A stretch of 64,000 nt of DNA. It comes from Ginsengibacter sp. (GTDB lineage: Bacteria; Bacteroidota; Bacteroidia; Chitinophagales; Chitinophagaceae). How positions within the stretch are numbered: position 1 is the stretch's first letter; every line of letters starts with the position of its first letter. The stretch covers positions 1,874 through 65,873 of the forward strand of contig JBDTLZ010000122.1 of NCBI GenBank assembly GCA_039934515.1, read 5' to 3'. Of this stretch, positions 10,017-19,171 are shown in pieces. The position numbers and the translations under genes were made by a program. The notes beneath the pieces were generated by a model. The model worked only from the letters and a program-made list of their open reading frames with translations. It did no database searches and had not been told where the DNA came from.

Positions 10017-10643
10017 ATGAATCTTGATAAAAGAAATATAACGCGTTTTGAAGAAGAAGAGGAACCTGAAAAGGCTGCACCGGAAAACCCGATGGAAAAA
10101 ATGATGGGTGGGATGGTATTTGACAAAAAATTTATCGAACAGAGAAAAATTTTTCTTTGGGGAGCTGTGGACGATAAAAGCGCTAAAGATATCACCAACA
10201 GGTTGCTCTACCTGGAAGCCATTGATCCGGGAAAAGAAATTACATTTTATATAAACAGCCCGGGCGGGATCATTACAAGCGGGATGGTTATTTATGATAC
10301 GATGAAGATGATTAAATCCCCTGTAAGTACTGTTTGTATGGGAATGGCTGCCAGTATGGGAAGCATTCTTCTAAGCGGCGGCGAAAAGGGCAAGAGGTTT
10401 ATTTTCCCTCACGGCGAAGTGATGATACACCAGCCAAGCGGCGGCGGACAAGGAACAAGTGCCGACCTTGAAATTATTGCGATACAGATTCTTAAAGCCA
10501 AGCAACTTGGCGCAAAACTCCTTGCAGAAAATTGTGGGCAGACTTATGATAAAGTGATGGAAGATTTTGACCGCGACTATTGGATGGATGCCACGGAAAG
10601 TAAAAAATATGGGATTGTTGACGGTATTCTTAATAAATTGTAA
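10017..10643 (+). CDS. clpP: ATP-dependent Clp protease proteolytic subunit (paralog 2)
   Basis: YINSPGG, AASMG, IHQP, DRDYWM, with a divergent acidic N-terminus. Confidence 0.95.
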   Translation: MNLDKRNITRFEEEEEPEKAAPENPMEKMMGGMVFDKKFIEQRKIFLWGAVDDKSAKDITNRLLYLEAIDPGKEITFYINSPGGIITSGMVIYDTMKMIKSPVSTVCMGMAASMGSILLSGGEKGKRFIFPHGEVMIHQPSGGGQGTSADLEIIAIQILKAKQLGAKLLAENCGQTYDKVMEDFDRDYWMDATESKKYGIVDGILNKL

Positions 10644-10770
10644 AGCAACGTTAATACCTGTTTAACTGTCTTCTTAACACGGCTTATTTGAGGGATTTTG
10701 CATAAATAACGCGGAAAAGTCGTACCTTAAGCAGAACAGGTTGGGAATTGATTAAAAGATTAAAAGAAAA

Positions 10771-12009
10771 ATGGCCAAACAACAATCATTACATTGCTCT
10801 TTTTGTGGCAGAAACCGGGATGAAGTAAAAATTCTTATTGCGGGTCAGGAAGGTCATATTTGTGAAAATTGTGTAGAACATGCACAGGAAATTATTACCC
10901 AGGAGATATTTCCAATGCCAGAGAAAAATGCGCTGGCTTCGAATTACAAACTTTCTGTAAAAAAACCTGTTGAATTAAAAAAGTTTTTGGATGAATACGT
11001 GATCGGCCAGGACGATGCAAAAAAAGTGCTCGCAGTGGCCGTTTACAATCATTATAAAAGATTGAACCAGAAGGTAGACAGTGACGTTGAAATTGAGAAG
11101 AGCAATATCATAATGGTAGGGGAAACCGGCACTGGTAAAACACTTCTTGCCAAAACAATTGCGAGAGTACTCAATGTGCCATTCGCTATTGTTGATGCCA
11201 CAGTTTTTACTGAGGCAGGATATGTTGGTGAAGATGTTGAAAGCATTTTAAGCAGGTTGCTGCAGGTATGCAATTTCGACGTAAACGCCGCCCAGAGAGG
11301 TATTGTATATATCGATGAAATTGATAAAATCGCCCGCAAAAGCGATAACCCAAGTATTACCAGGGATGTAAGCGGCGAAGGCGTGCAGCAGGGATTGCTC
11401 AAGTTACTTGAAGGCACTGAAGTATTGGTGCCCCCGCAAGGCGGCCGCAAGCACCCCGAACAAAAACTTATAAAATTAAATACAAGCAACATCCTTTTTA
11501 TTTGCGGTGGTGCCTTCGATGGTGTCGACAGGCTCATAGCCCGTCGCATCAACACCAACGCTATAGGATTTAATGTCAATAAAGACATGCAGGAATTTCA
11601 ACGTAAGAATTTACTGCAGTTTGTAAATGCCCAGGATCTTAAATCTTTTGGCCTCATACCCGAATTGCTGGGCAGGCTCCCTGTAATTACTTATCTGAAT
11701 CCACTCGATAAGATCACATTAAGAAACATCCTGACGGAACCGAGAAATTCCCTGATCAAGCAATATAGAAAATTATTTGAGCTGGAAGGTATCGAACTGG
11801 CTATCGACGATGACGTATATGAATTTATGGTTGAAAAGGCTATGGAATACAAGCTGGGAGCCCGTGGGCTTCGAAGCATCTGCGAGAGTATCTTAACTGA
11901 TGCCATGTATGAGCTTCCCTCTCAAAAGGTAAAGACTTTTAACCTTACCCTCGATTATGCAGAACGTAAATTCAAAATCAGTAAACTTAGCCTGCTGAAG
12001 GTGGCCTAA
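10771..12009 (+). CDS. clpX: Clp protease ATP-binding subunit ClpX
   Basis: Zn finger CSFC...CENC, Walker [23 protein letters not shown] and IGF loop. Confidence 0.98.
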   Translation: MAKQQSLHCSFCGRNRDEVKILIAGQEGHICENCVEHAQEIITQEIFPMPEKNALASNYKLSVKKPVELKKFLDEYVIGQDDAKKVLAVAVYNHYKRLNQKVDSDVEIEKSNIIMVGETGTGKTLLAKTIARVLNVPFAIVDATVFTEAGYVGEDVESILSRLLQVCNFDVNAAQRGIVYIDEIDKIARKSDNPSITRDVSGEGVQQGLLKLLEGTEVLVPPQGGRKHPEQKLIKLNTSNILFICGGAFDGVDRLIARRINTNAIGFNVNKDMQEFQRKNLLQFVNAQDLKSFGLIPELLGRLPVITYLNPLDKITLRNILTEPRNSLIKQYRKLFELEGIELAIDDDVYEFMVEKAMEYKLGARGLRSICESILTDAMYELPSQKVKTFNLTLDYAERKFKISKLSLLKVA

Positions 12010-12197
12010 GGCCTTACAAAATCCCATCACTTACTGTAAACACACTTAATAAAATTTAAATCTCTTCTCCTTTTTTTATTAATTTCAAATAAAGAAGAAA
12101 TTATCATCCCGCATTTATTTTTTTCACTTTATTTTTACCCCGGTCCTTTGATCGCACAACATAATGATCCAATATTCATTTAAAAAATTTTTTTCAA

Positions 12198-13463
12198 ATG
12201 GTTGATGTAATTCTTGGCCTTCAATGGGGCGATGAAGGAAAGGGAAAAATCGTAGATTATTTTGCTTCCGGTTACGATATTATTGCCCGATTCCAGGGAG
12301 GCCCCAATGCAGGGCATACACTTTACATAAATGGAAAAAAAATTGTACTTCACCAGATACCCTCGGGCATATTCCATGATAATAAAATCAATTTAATTGG
12401 TAACGGGGTTGTACTGGATGCCAATATTCTGAAGAAGGAGTGTGAATCGGTGGAAGCAATGGGAATTGATTACCGCAAAAATCTGTACATAAGTGCGCGC
12501 ACGCATTTGATCCTGCCATCACACAGGGCCATAGACAAGGCCAGTGAATTTTCCAAAGGCAATGATAAAATAGGTTCCACTCTTAAAGGCATCAGCCCGG
12601 CTTATATGGATAAAACCGGGAGGAACGGGTTGCGTGTGGGTGACCTTTTAGACAAAAATTTTTTATCTCAATATATAAAGCTGAGGTTAAAACATCAAAA
12701 ACTGTTGGATAATTTTTCATTTAATGACGATATTTCAACATGGGAGGAAGAGTTTTTTGAGGCTTTGGAATTTCTGAAAAAGCTACAGATCGTAAACGGT
12801 GAATATTTTATAAATGATGCCATTCAAAAAGGTAAGAAAATATTGGCAGAAGGTGCGCAGGGTAGTATGCTTGATGTTGATTTTGGAACATTCCCATATG
12901 TTACTTCGTCAAGCACGATTACGGCCGGCGTAGGCAGCGGGCTCGGTATCGCACCGCAAAAAATCAAGGACGTTTTCGGCATAACCAAGGCGTATTGCAC
13001 ACGGGTGGGAAGTGGCCCTTTTCCAACAGAGTTGAATGATGAAACAGGAGAGCTTATAAGGATAACCGGCAATGAATTTGGGAGTACGACCGGCAGGCCG
13101 AGAAGATGCGGTTGGATTGACCTGGTGGCGTTAAAATTTGCCTGCATGATAAATGGAGTTACACAACTTGTAATGACAAAAGCCGACGTTCTCGATTCAC
13201 TGGACACGCTGGAAGTATGCAGGAGTTATAAAATAAACGGGGAGGAAACCACCCAGGTGCCATTTCAAATGCAAAGACTGGCTATAGAACCGGTATATAA
13301 AAAATTTGATGGATGGAAAACCGATATCACCGCTATAAAAAGCTTTGCTGATTTACCTCCCGAGATGACTGTTTATATTAAATATATTAATGAGACGTTG
13401 GATGTGCCCCTGAACTTTATTTCTAATGGGCCTGGTAGTGATCAAATTATTGTGGCATCATGA
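12198..13463 (+). CDS. purA: Adenylosuccinate synthetase
   Basis: GLQWGDEGKGK, GGPNAGHT, TRVGSGPFPTE, TTGRPRRCGW. Confidence 0.98.
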   Translation: MVDVILGLQWGDEGKGKIVDYFASGYDIIARFQGGPNAGHTLYINGKKIVLHQIPSGIFHDNKINLIGNGVVLDANILKKECESVEAMGIDYRKNLYISARTHLILPSHRAIDKASEFSKGNDKIGSTLKGISPAYMDKTGRNGLRVGDLLDKNFLSQYIKLRLKHQKLLDNFSFNDDISTWEEEFFEALEFLKKLQIVNGEYFINDAIQKGKKILAEGAQGSMLDVDFGTFPYVTSSSTITAGVGSGLGIAPQKIKDVFGITKAYCTRVGSGPFPTELNDETGELIRITGNEFGSTTGRPRRCGWIDLVALKFACMINGVTQLVMTKADVLDSLDTLEVCRSYKINGEETTQVPFQMQRLAIEPVYKKFDGWKTDITAIKSFADLPPEMTVYIKYINETLDVPLNFISNGPGSDQIIVAS

Positions 13464-13576
13464 TTGTGGCTTGAGCAAAAAAACGGGGGCATGAATAATT
13501 TAAAAAATAGTACAGAATTTATTTGGTCATTTCGAAATCTAATAGAAATTTTACATAATTAATCCTTTTAGAAAAA

Positions 13577-13987
13577 ATGAAAGCAAAATCTGATAAGGAA
13601 AAACAATTTCCTGAAAAAAAACCGGCAGCAGGTACCAGCAAAGCATCATCCAAAAAGAAGGATGAAGATGTAGATGACGATGATGATGATGACCTTGATG
13701 AAGAAGACAAGCCTCTGAAAAAAGCAAAGGGAGCCGCATCTAAAAAAGCCAGCAAATCTGATGACGATGATGAAGATGATGTTGAAGTAGAAGACGACTG
13801 GGAAAAAACCGATGAAGAAGATTACGATCCCGACTTTGAAGAATTTGATATTCCAAAATCCAAGGTCAAAAAATCACCCGCAAAAAAAGGCAAAGGAGAT
13901 GAAGACTTTGATTTGGATGAAGATTTCAAAGACCTTGATCTTTTTAATGATGGAGCCGACGGAGATGATGATGACGATGATTTCTAA
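13577..13987 (+). CDS. Hypothetical highly charged, low-complexity protein
   Basis: 136-aa ORF with an A-rich pre-ATG region and alternating Lys-rich and Asp/Glu-rich blocks. It fills the purA-pabB gap in the same orientation. Confidence 0.8.
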   Translation: MKAKSDKEKQFPEKKPAAGTSKASSKKKDEDVDDDDDDDLDEEDKPLKKAKGAASKKASKSDDDDEDDVEVEDDWEKTDEEDYDPDFEEFDIPKSKVKKSPAKKGKGDEDFDLDEDFKDLDLFNDGADGDDDDDDF

Positions 13988-14030
13988 ACTGCAATTATTA
14001 TCTTCGAGTTATTGCCGTTGATTAATAATC

Positions 14031-15314
14031 TTGAAAAGAAAATTTACATCATATCCCATAAATAATTATAAGGTATCTAAAAGTCAAATGCTAAACTTTG
14101 GAAAGAAGTTTGGCATTTTTTGTTTTCTTGATAACAACGGATACGAGTTCGATAAATCCTACGAATGCATTGCAGCTGCGGGCGCTGTGCAATCGACAGT
14201 GGCCAGTGACATCCCGGCGCTTGATGTACTCAATAGGTTACGGACGAAAAACAATGATTGGATCTTTGGCCATATTGCTTATGATGTAAAAAACGAGATT
14301 GAAAATTTCGTTCCTGCAAATCCTGACAATATCCGGTTTCCCGATCTCCATTTTTTTATTCCTGAAATTATTTTTATCCTGAACAAAACGGAACTCCGCG
14401 TGGGGGTATTCCCTGGAATGGAACCCGGGAAAATTTATGATGAAATAATCTCTTACAACCCGGCAGAGATACCGGCGCGTGCAGCTCCTGTTTTAAAAAG
14501 CCGGTTCTCGCCGGATGAATATATCGATACCGTAAAAAAATTACAACAGCATATTGTAAGAGGTGATTGCTATGAAATCAATTTTTGCCAGGAATTTTAT
14601 GCAGGTGATACGGTTATCGATCCGCAAAATGTATATCAGAAGTTAAGTGAACTGTCGCCAAATCCTTTTTCTGTTTTTTATAAATATGAAGATAGATACC
14701 TCATTTGCGCAAGCCCCGAAAGGTTCTTAAAAAAAACGGGCAGCACAATTATTTCCCAGCCAATGAAAGGCACTGCAAAGAGAATTGCAGGCGATGTTAA
14801 AGCCGATGAAATGCAACGGGAGAACTTATTTCACAACGAAAAAGAACGATCAGAAAACATAATGATCGTAGATCTTGTGCGAAATGATCTTGCAAAGATC
14901 TGCACGGAAGGGTCGGTGCATGTAAGAGATTTTTTGCAGGTTTACCCTTTTCCGCAGGTACACCAGATGATATCAACAATAGAAGGAAATCTCAGGGAAA
15001 ATACCGCCATCTCTGAAATATTTGCGGCTACCTTTCCGATGGGCTCCATGACCGGAGCTCCCAAAAAAAGGGTGATGGAGTTGATCGGGAAATATGAAAG
15101 AACAAAACGCGGTTTGTTTTCAGGAACGGTAGGATATGTAAATCCTGTGGGCGATTTTGATTTTAATGTGGTGATAAGAAGTTTGCTTTATAACGAACAG
15201 GATAAATATATATCGATACAGGCTGGATCAGCTATCACCTTTAATAGTATCCCGCAACATGAATATGATGAATGTTTGCTGAAAGTTGCCGCTATCAGGA
15301 AGGCGCTTGCCTGA
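14031..15314 (+). CDS. pabB: Aminodeoxychorismate synthase component I (PabB/TrpE-like chorismate-binding enzyme)
   Basis: GDCYEINFCQ, SPERFL, PMKGT, ENIMIVDLVRNDL, FPMGSMTGAPK. The TTG start is uncertain. Confidence 0.85.
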   Translation: MKRKFTSYPINNYKVSKSQMLNFGKKFGIFCFLDNNGYEFDKSYECIAAAGAVQSTVASDIPALDVLNRLRTKNNDWIFGHIAYDVKNEIENFVPANPDNIRFPDLHFFIPEIIFILNKTELRVGVFPGMEPGKIYDEIISYNPAEIPARAAPVLKSRFSPDEYIDTVKKLQQHIVRGDCYEINFCQEFYAGDTVIDPQNVYQKLSELSPNPFSVFYKYEDRYLICASPERFLKKTGSTIISQPMKGTAKRIAGDVKADEMQRENLFHNEKERSENIMIVDLVRNDLAKICTEGSVHVRDFLQVYPFPQVHQMISTIEGNLRENTAISEIFAATFPMGSMTGAPKKRVMELIGKYERTKRGLFSGTVGYVNPVGDFDFNVVIRSLLYNEQDKYISIQAGSAITFNSIPQHEYDECLLKVAAIRKALA

Positions 15315-15315
15315 C

Positions 15316-16473
15316 TTATTTGTTTTTTTTGTTTTGCTTTTTATAAATAGTTTTTGTATCAACATTTACGTCGCCAAGCAACTGTTGAACGCATTCATTG
15401 AGTATGGGATATTTGTTGGCAACAAAAAGATCCATTTTATCGCTGGGTAATCTCAAATCATACGTGCCGGATGTAGCGAGCATATCGTCAAAGCCTGGAT
15501 TATACCTGTTAAAATCCTTTTGTTCCATGCCAATGTTTTTAGCAATCACCGCACCAATATATTTTCCGGAGAGCGACATTTTATCTGAGCCCGACGTTTC
15601 GTCGTCTGAAATGTCCGGCTTTATTAAAGATTCTTCGGTCGTTAAATTTTTATAATCAAAACTTCCATTGAGTGAATCACTGATTCCGGCTTCCATAATG
15701 TAATGTGTGGCAATAAACTTTTTCACATGGTTGCGCGATTCCTCGGGGAGAAAATACTGGATGTTCCAGAAATCACGGCTCCCGCTTTTTTTGATGGCAG
15801 TATATACCCGGCCCGGCCCTCCGTTATAAGCGGCTATTACAAGAAGCCAGTCTTTTAAATTTTTATAGAGACTTAGTAAATATTTAGCAGCGGCATGGGT
15901 ACTTTTATAATAGTCGGTGCGGTCGTCTATAAAATGATTCACCTGCAGGCCATATTCCTTTGCTGTATAGCTCATAAACTGCCATGGCCCCCGTGCACCG
16001 GCAATTGAGAGGGCATTTGACTTAAGGTCACTTTCTATAACTGCCAGGTATTTTAATTCTTTGGGTAACCCATATTGGGTAAGTATGCCATCAATTAAAT
16101 TGAAATAAGGCAATGCTGTTGGCTTCAGCTTCTGTAGAAATTTACCATGTGCCTGCAGGTAATCCTGCATATACGTTTCTGCATATGGATTTACCTGTGA
16201 TGAATAAGGTATGGCAGGATTGTATGAATAGTTTTTAAAAAGATTTTTAAATCCATATTTAGTAACCTGGCTGAAATACTGAACCTTCTCTTTTTTGGGG
16301 GGCGTAGGTGATTTGATCACTTCTTCTATAGCCTTATCTTCTGTTTTTTCACGCTCTTTAATGGTAGTATCGGGAACAATTTGATAAAGGGAAGCACTAT
16401 TTCCAAATGACGAATTTGAAAAGATCCCTTGCAACAAAAAAGATAGAATTAATATGAAATAAAATTTCTTCAC
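15316..16473 (-). CDS. Lytic murein transglycosylase (MltD-like SLT domain)
   Basis: LKYLAVIES, GARGPWQFM, AAYNGGPG and an N-terminal signal peptide. No clear LysM repeats. Confidence 0.9.
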   Translation of the reverse strand: MKKFYFILILSFLLQGIFSNSSFGNSASLYQIVPDTTIKEREKTEDKAIEEVIKSPTPPKKEKVQYFSQVTKYGFKNLFKNYSYNPAIPYSSQVNPYAETYMQDYLQAHGKFLQKLKPTALPYFNLIDGILTQYGLPKELKYLAVIESDLKSNALSIAGARGPWQFMSYTAKEYGLQVNHFIDDRTDYYKSTHAAAKYLLSLYKNLKDWLLVIAAYNGGPGRVYTAIKKSGSRDFWNIQYFLPEESRNHVKKFIATHYIMEAGISDSLNGSFDYKNLTTEESLIKPDISDDETSGSDKMSLSGKYIGAVIAKNIGMEQKDFNRYNPGFDDMLATSGTYDLRLPSDKMDLFVANKYPILNECVQQLLGDVNVDTKTIYKKQNKKNK

Positions 16474-16479
16474 GGATGT

Positions 16480-17931
16480 TCAATACGTTTTGTATTCGTT
16501 CAGCAGCATATCAGAAATTTGCAACAAAGTTAATTCATTATGTTTTGCGGTAATAACCTGCAGCCCGAAAGGCATACCGTTACTGTGTTTAAAAAGTGGC
16601 AGGGAGATCGAAGGCGTACCCGTTAGATTGGCATAAACAGTATAAATATCTGCAAGGTACATAGCAACGGGATCATGTTGCATGGTTCCCGCTTCAAATG
16701 CCGTAGATGGCACTGTGGGCAAAATCAATGCATCAAACGTCTTAAAAATCTCCGCCGTTTGGTTTACCAGTAGACGCCGTATTTGCTGAGCCTTGGTAAA
16801 ATAGGCATCGTAGTAGCCTTCACTGAGCACAAAGGTGCCGAGCATGATACGTCGTTGCACTTCTTTCCCAAATCCTTCACTGCGTGTTCCTTTATAAAAT
16901 TCTGAAAGATCGGTGGTAGTGCTTTCATGACGGTAGCCATACCGCACACCATCATAACGGGAAAGGTTACTCGAAGCTTCTGCAGTAGTGAGGACATAAT
17001 AGGCTGGTACAATAAAGTCTATCAGGCCAAAATCAATTTCCTCAACATGGTGTCCTTTGTTTTTCATTTCACCAGTTAGGCCATAGATACCTTCTTTAAT
17101 TTCCGGGTCGAGGCTTTTATGCTCAAGCGCATTTTTAAATAATGCCACACGGTATTTTACGGCTCCTTTTACTTGGGATTGCAGGCTCTTTGTGATGCCT
17201 GTAATTTTTTCCTGGTTTACAGTACTGTCATAGCGGTCACCGCCATTAATGACTTCCAGGATTTTTGCTGCATCTTCAATATTGTTGGAAAAAATACCGA
17301 TCTGGTCAAAAGATGAGGCATAGGCAATCAAGCCGTGTCTCGAAATACAACCATAGGAAGGTTTGATGCCAGTTATGCCACAGAAATCGGCAGGTTGCCG
17401 GACAGAACCGCCGGTATCACTTCCAAGACTTACCATGCAAAGCCCTGCTTGTACGGCTACTGCAGAACCTCCCGAGGATCCACCAGGGACCTTATTCTCG
17501 TCAAGAGCATTTAATACCCGTCCGTACACTGAATTTTCATTGGTGCTGCCCATTGCAAATTCATCGCAATTACAGGTGCCAATTATTATAGCGTCTTCTT
17601 GTAATAAATTATCAATTGCGGTTGCACTGTAAACTGAAACAAAATTTTTTAAGATACCCGAGGAAGCGCTCACTTTGTGGTCTTTATAGCAAATAATATC
17701 CTTTATAGCGATCACTACACCATGAAGCGTTCCACAGGCTTTCCCGCTTTTTCTTTTTTCATCAAGTAAGATGGCTCTTTCCCTGCTTTCGTGAGTGAAA
17801 ACCTCCACAAAGGCATTTAGTTTTTTAGATGTGTTGATCTTGTCAAGATAGTATTCCACCGCTTCGAGGCAGGTAGTAATGCCTTCATGTAGCTGTTGAT
17901 GAAATGCTGATATATTGGTAAATAAATACAA
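16480..17931 (-). CDS. gatA: Asp/Glu-tRNA amidotransferase subunit A
   Basis: Amidase signature GGSSGGS, GSDTGGSVRQPA, SSNLSRYDGVRYG, RRIMLGTFVLS. TTG start. Confidence 0.96.
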   Translation of the reverse strand: MYLFTNISAFHQQLHEGITTCLEAVEYYLDKINTSKKLNAFVEVFTHESRERAILLDEKRKSGKACGTLHGVVIAIKDIICYKDHKVSASSGILKNFVSVYSATAIDNLLQEDAIIIGTCNCDEFAMGSTNENSVYGRVLNALDENKVPGGSSGGSAVAVQAGLCMVSLGSDTGGSVRQPADFCGITGIKPSYGCISRHGLIAYASSFDQIGIFSNNIEDAAKILEVINGGDRYDSTVNQEKITGITKSLQSQVKGAVKYRVALFKNALEHKSLDPEIKEGIYGLTGEMKNKGHHVEEIDFGLIDFIVPAYYVLTTAEASSNLSRYDGVRYGYRHESTTTDLSEFYKGTRSEGFGKEVQRRIMLGTFVLSEGYYDAYFTKAQQIRRLLVNQTAEIFKTFDALILPTVPSTAFEAGTMQHDPVAMYLADIYTVYANLTGTPSISLPLFKHSNGMPFGLQVITAKHNELTLLQISDMLLNEYKTY

Positions 17932-17944
17932 AAAATAATTTTAT

Positions 17945-17998
17945 AAAAAAACGGCTAAGTTGCGGTTATCTGTTTAAAGAAAACGCATCTGAGCCGTT
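17945..17998 (-). terminator. Long imperfect hairpin with U-tract between tatA and gatA
   Basis: Closing stem AACGGCT/AGCCGTT, inner TGCG/CGCA, followed by T7 on the minus strand. Confidence 0.55.
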
Positions 17999-18017
17999 AA
18001 AGAATTTTCGATCTGGT

Positions 18018-18293
18018 TTATCCAGGTAGCTGTGTTTCTCTTACAACTTCCTGTCTTGTAGCTTCCTGCCGTGGCGGTACCGGTTTATCCTTTTCCTTCA
18101 TGCCGGCATCAATTTCATTTTTGACATGTTCTTTGGCGTCATTAAATTCTCTTACACCTTTTCCGATACCCCTCATGAGGTCAGGTATTTTTTTACCTCC
18201 GAAAAATAAAAGAACCACCAAAAGAATCAGTATCCATTCGGAGCCACCGGGCATTGAAAGCAACAATACCGGTTTTAATAAGTTAATAGTCAT
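18018..18293 (-). CDS. tatA: Twin-arginine translocase TatA/E
   Basis: [32 protein letters not shown]. Confidence 0.95.
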   Translation of the reverse strand: MTINLLKPVLLLSMPGGSEWILILLVVLLFFGGKKIPDLMRGIGKGVREFNDAKEHVKNEIDAGMKEKDKPVPPRQEATRQEVVRETQLPG

Positions 18294-18402
18294 TGTTAAT
18301 TAATTAGAATATCAAATAATTAGAATACCAAAGATACATTAATAATAATTACAGTGACAGGCCTTACTTATTTGCAATTAGTTTAACAATTGCTGTAAGT
18401 AA

Positions 18403-18522
18403 CTACCTAAGATAACGGCCACATTTGGCCTTACCGTTAGCGGCCTCGTATGGAGAAATTCCGCGGGCACAGGAAGCAAATAATACGGAAGCAACAAAAG
18501 CGATGATACAGACCTTTTTCAT
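18403..18522 (-). CDS. 39-aa putative lipoprotein, not in the ORF track
   Basis: Translates MKKVCIIAFVASVLFASCARGISPYEAANGKAKCGRYLR*. Signal peptide II with lipobox FAS-C. Upstream -7-like TATACTTG at 18576-18583. Confidence 0.75.
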   Translation of the reverse strand: MKKVCIIAFVASVLFASCARGISPYEAANGKAKCGRYLR

Positions 18523-18590
18523 TTAATAAGTAATGGTGAGGTATAATTATAGCATTAGCAGGTTTTGGTGGAGTGCAAGTATATAAAATA

Positions 18591-18623
18591 AAAAACCGGG
18601 AAACAATAGCTTCCCGGTCTTTT
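18591..18623 (-). terminator. Intrinsic terminator of rplS
   Basis: ACCGGGAA/TTCCCGGT stem flanked by A and T tracts. Confidence 0.8.
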
Positions 18624-18638
18624 ATTAAAATATTGTCA

Positions 18639-18989
18639 CTATTTCATCCTCTTTTCCTTTATACGGGCACTTTTTCCACTCCTTTCACGAAGAAAATACA
18701 ATTTTGAACGGCGCACCTTACCTACTTTATGAAGTTTAATGCTATCAATATTGGGCGAAAACAAAGGAAATAAGCGCTCTACACCAACTCCGTCACTTAT
18801 CTTACGAACGGTAAAAGTGGCGGTGCCACCTTCTCCCTGCCGCTTAATCACATCGCCTTTAAAGCTTTGGATACGTTCTTTATTGCCCTCCTGGATTTTA
18901 TAGTTGACGGTGATATTATCACCTGCTTTAAATTTCGGAATTTCCTTTTTTACTGTCAACTGCGAGTGAACAAATTCAGTTGCGTTCAT
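18639..18989 (-). CDS. rplS: 50S ribosomal protein L19
   Basis: [47 protein letters not shown]. Confidence 0.98.
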   Translation of the reverse strand: MNATEFVHSQLTVKKEIPKFKAGDNITVNYKIQEGNKERIQSFKGDVIKRQGEGGTATFTVRKISDGVGVERLFPLFSPNIDSIKLHKVGKVRRSKLYFLRERSGKSARIKEKRMK

Positions 18990-19171
18990 TTCTTTTTATT
19001 TTAGGAGTGCAAATGTAAGCGAAAATTTTAGATTTTTAACCGAATTTCAATTTTTGAATTGCCGTTTACATCCGCCACAAGGGATACCCCTCATTTAGTT
19101 TGAAAATCAATAAAAAATTAGCAGGTACTGCGCCAGGCTGGCTGGATAATTCAAGATGCGCCCGGCTAAAA

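Noticed and set aside
16480-17931. gatA without gatB or gatC
   Set aside because: Dispersed gat genes are common in this phylum, so absence from the window is uninformative.
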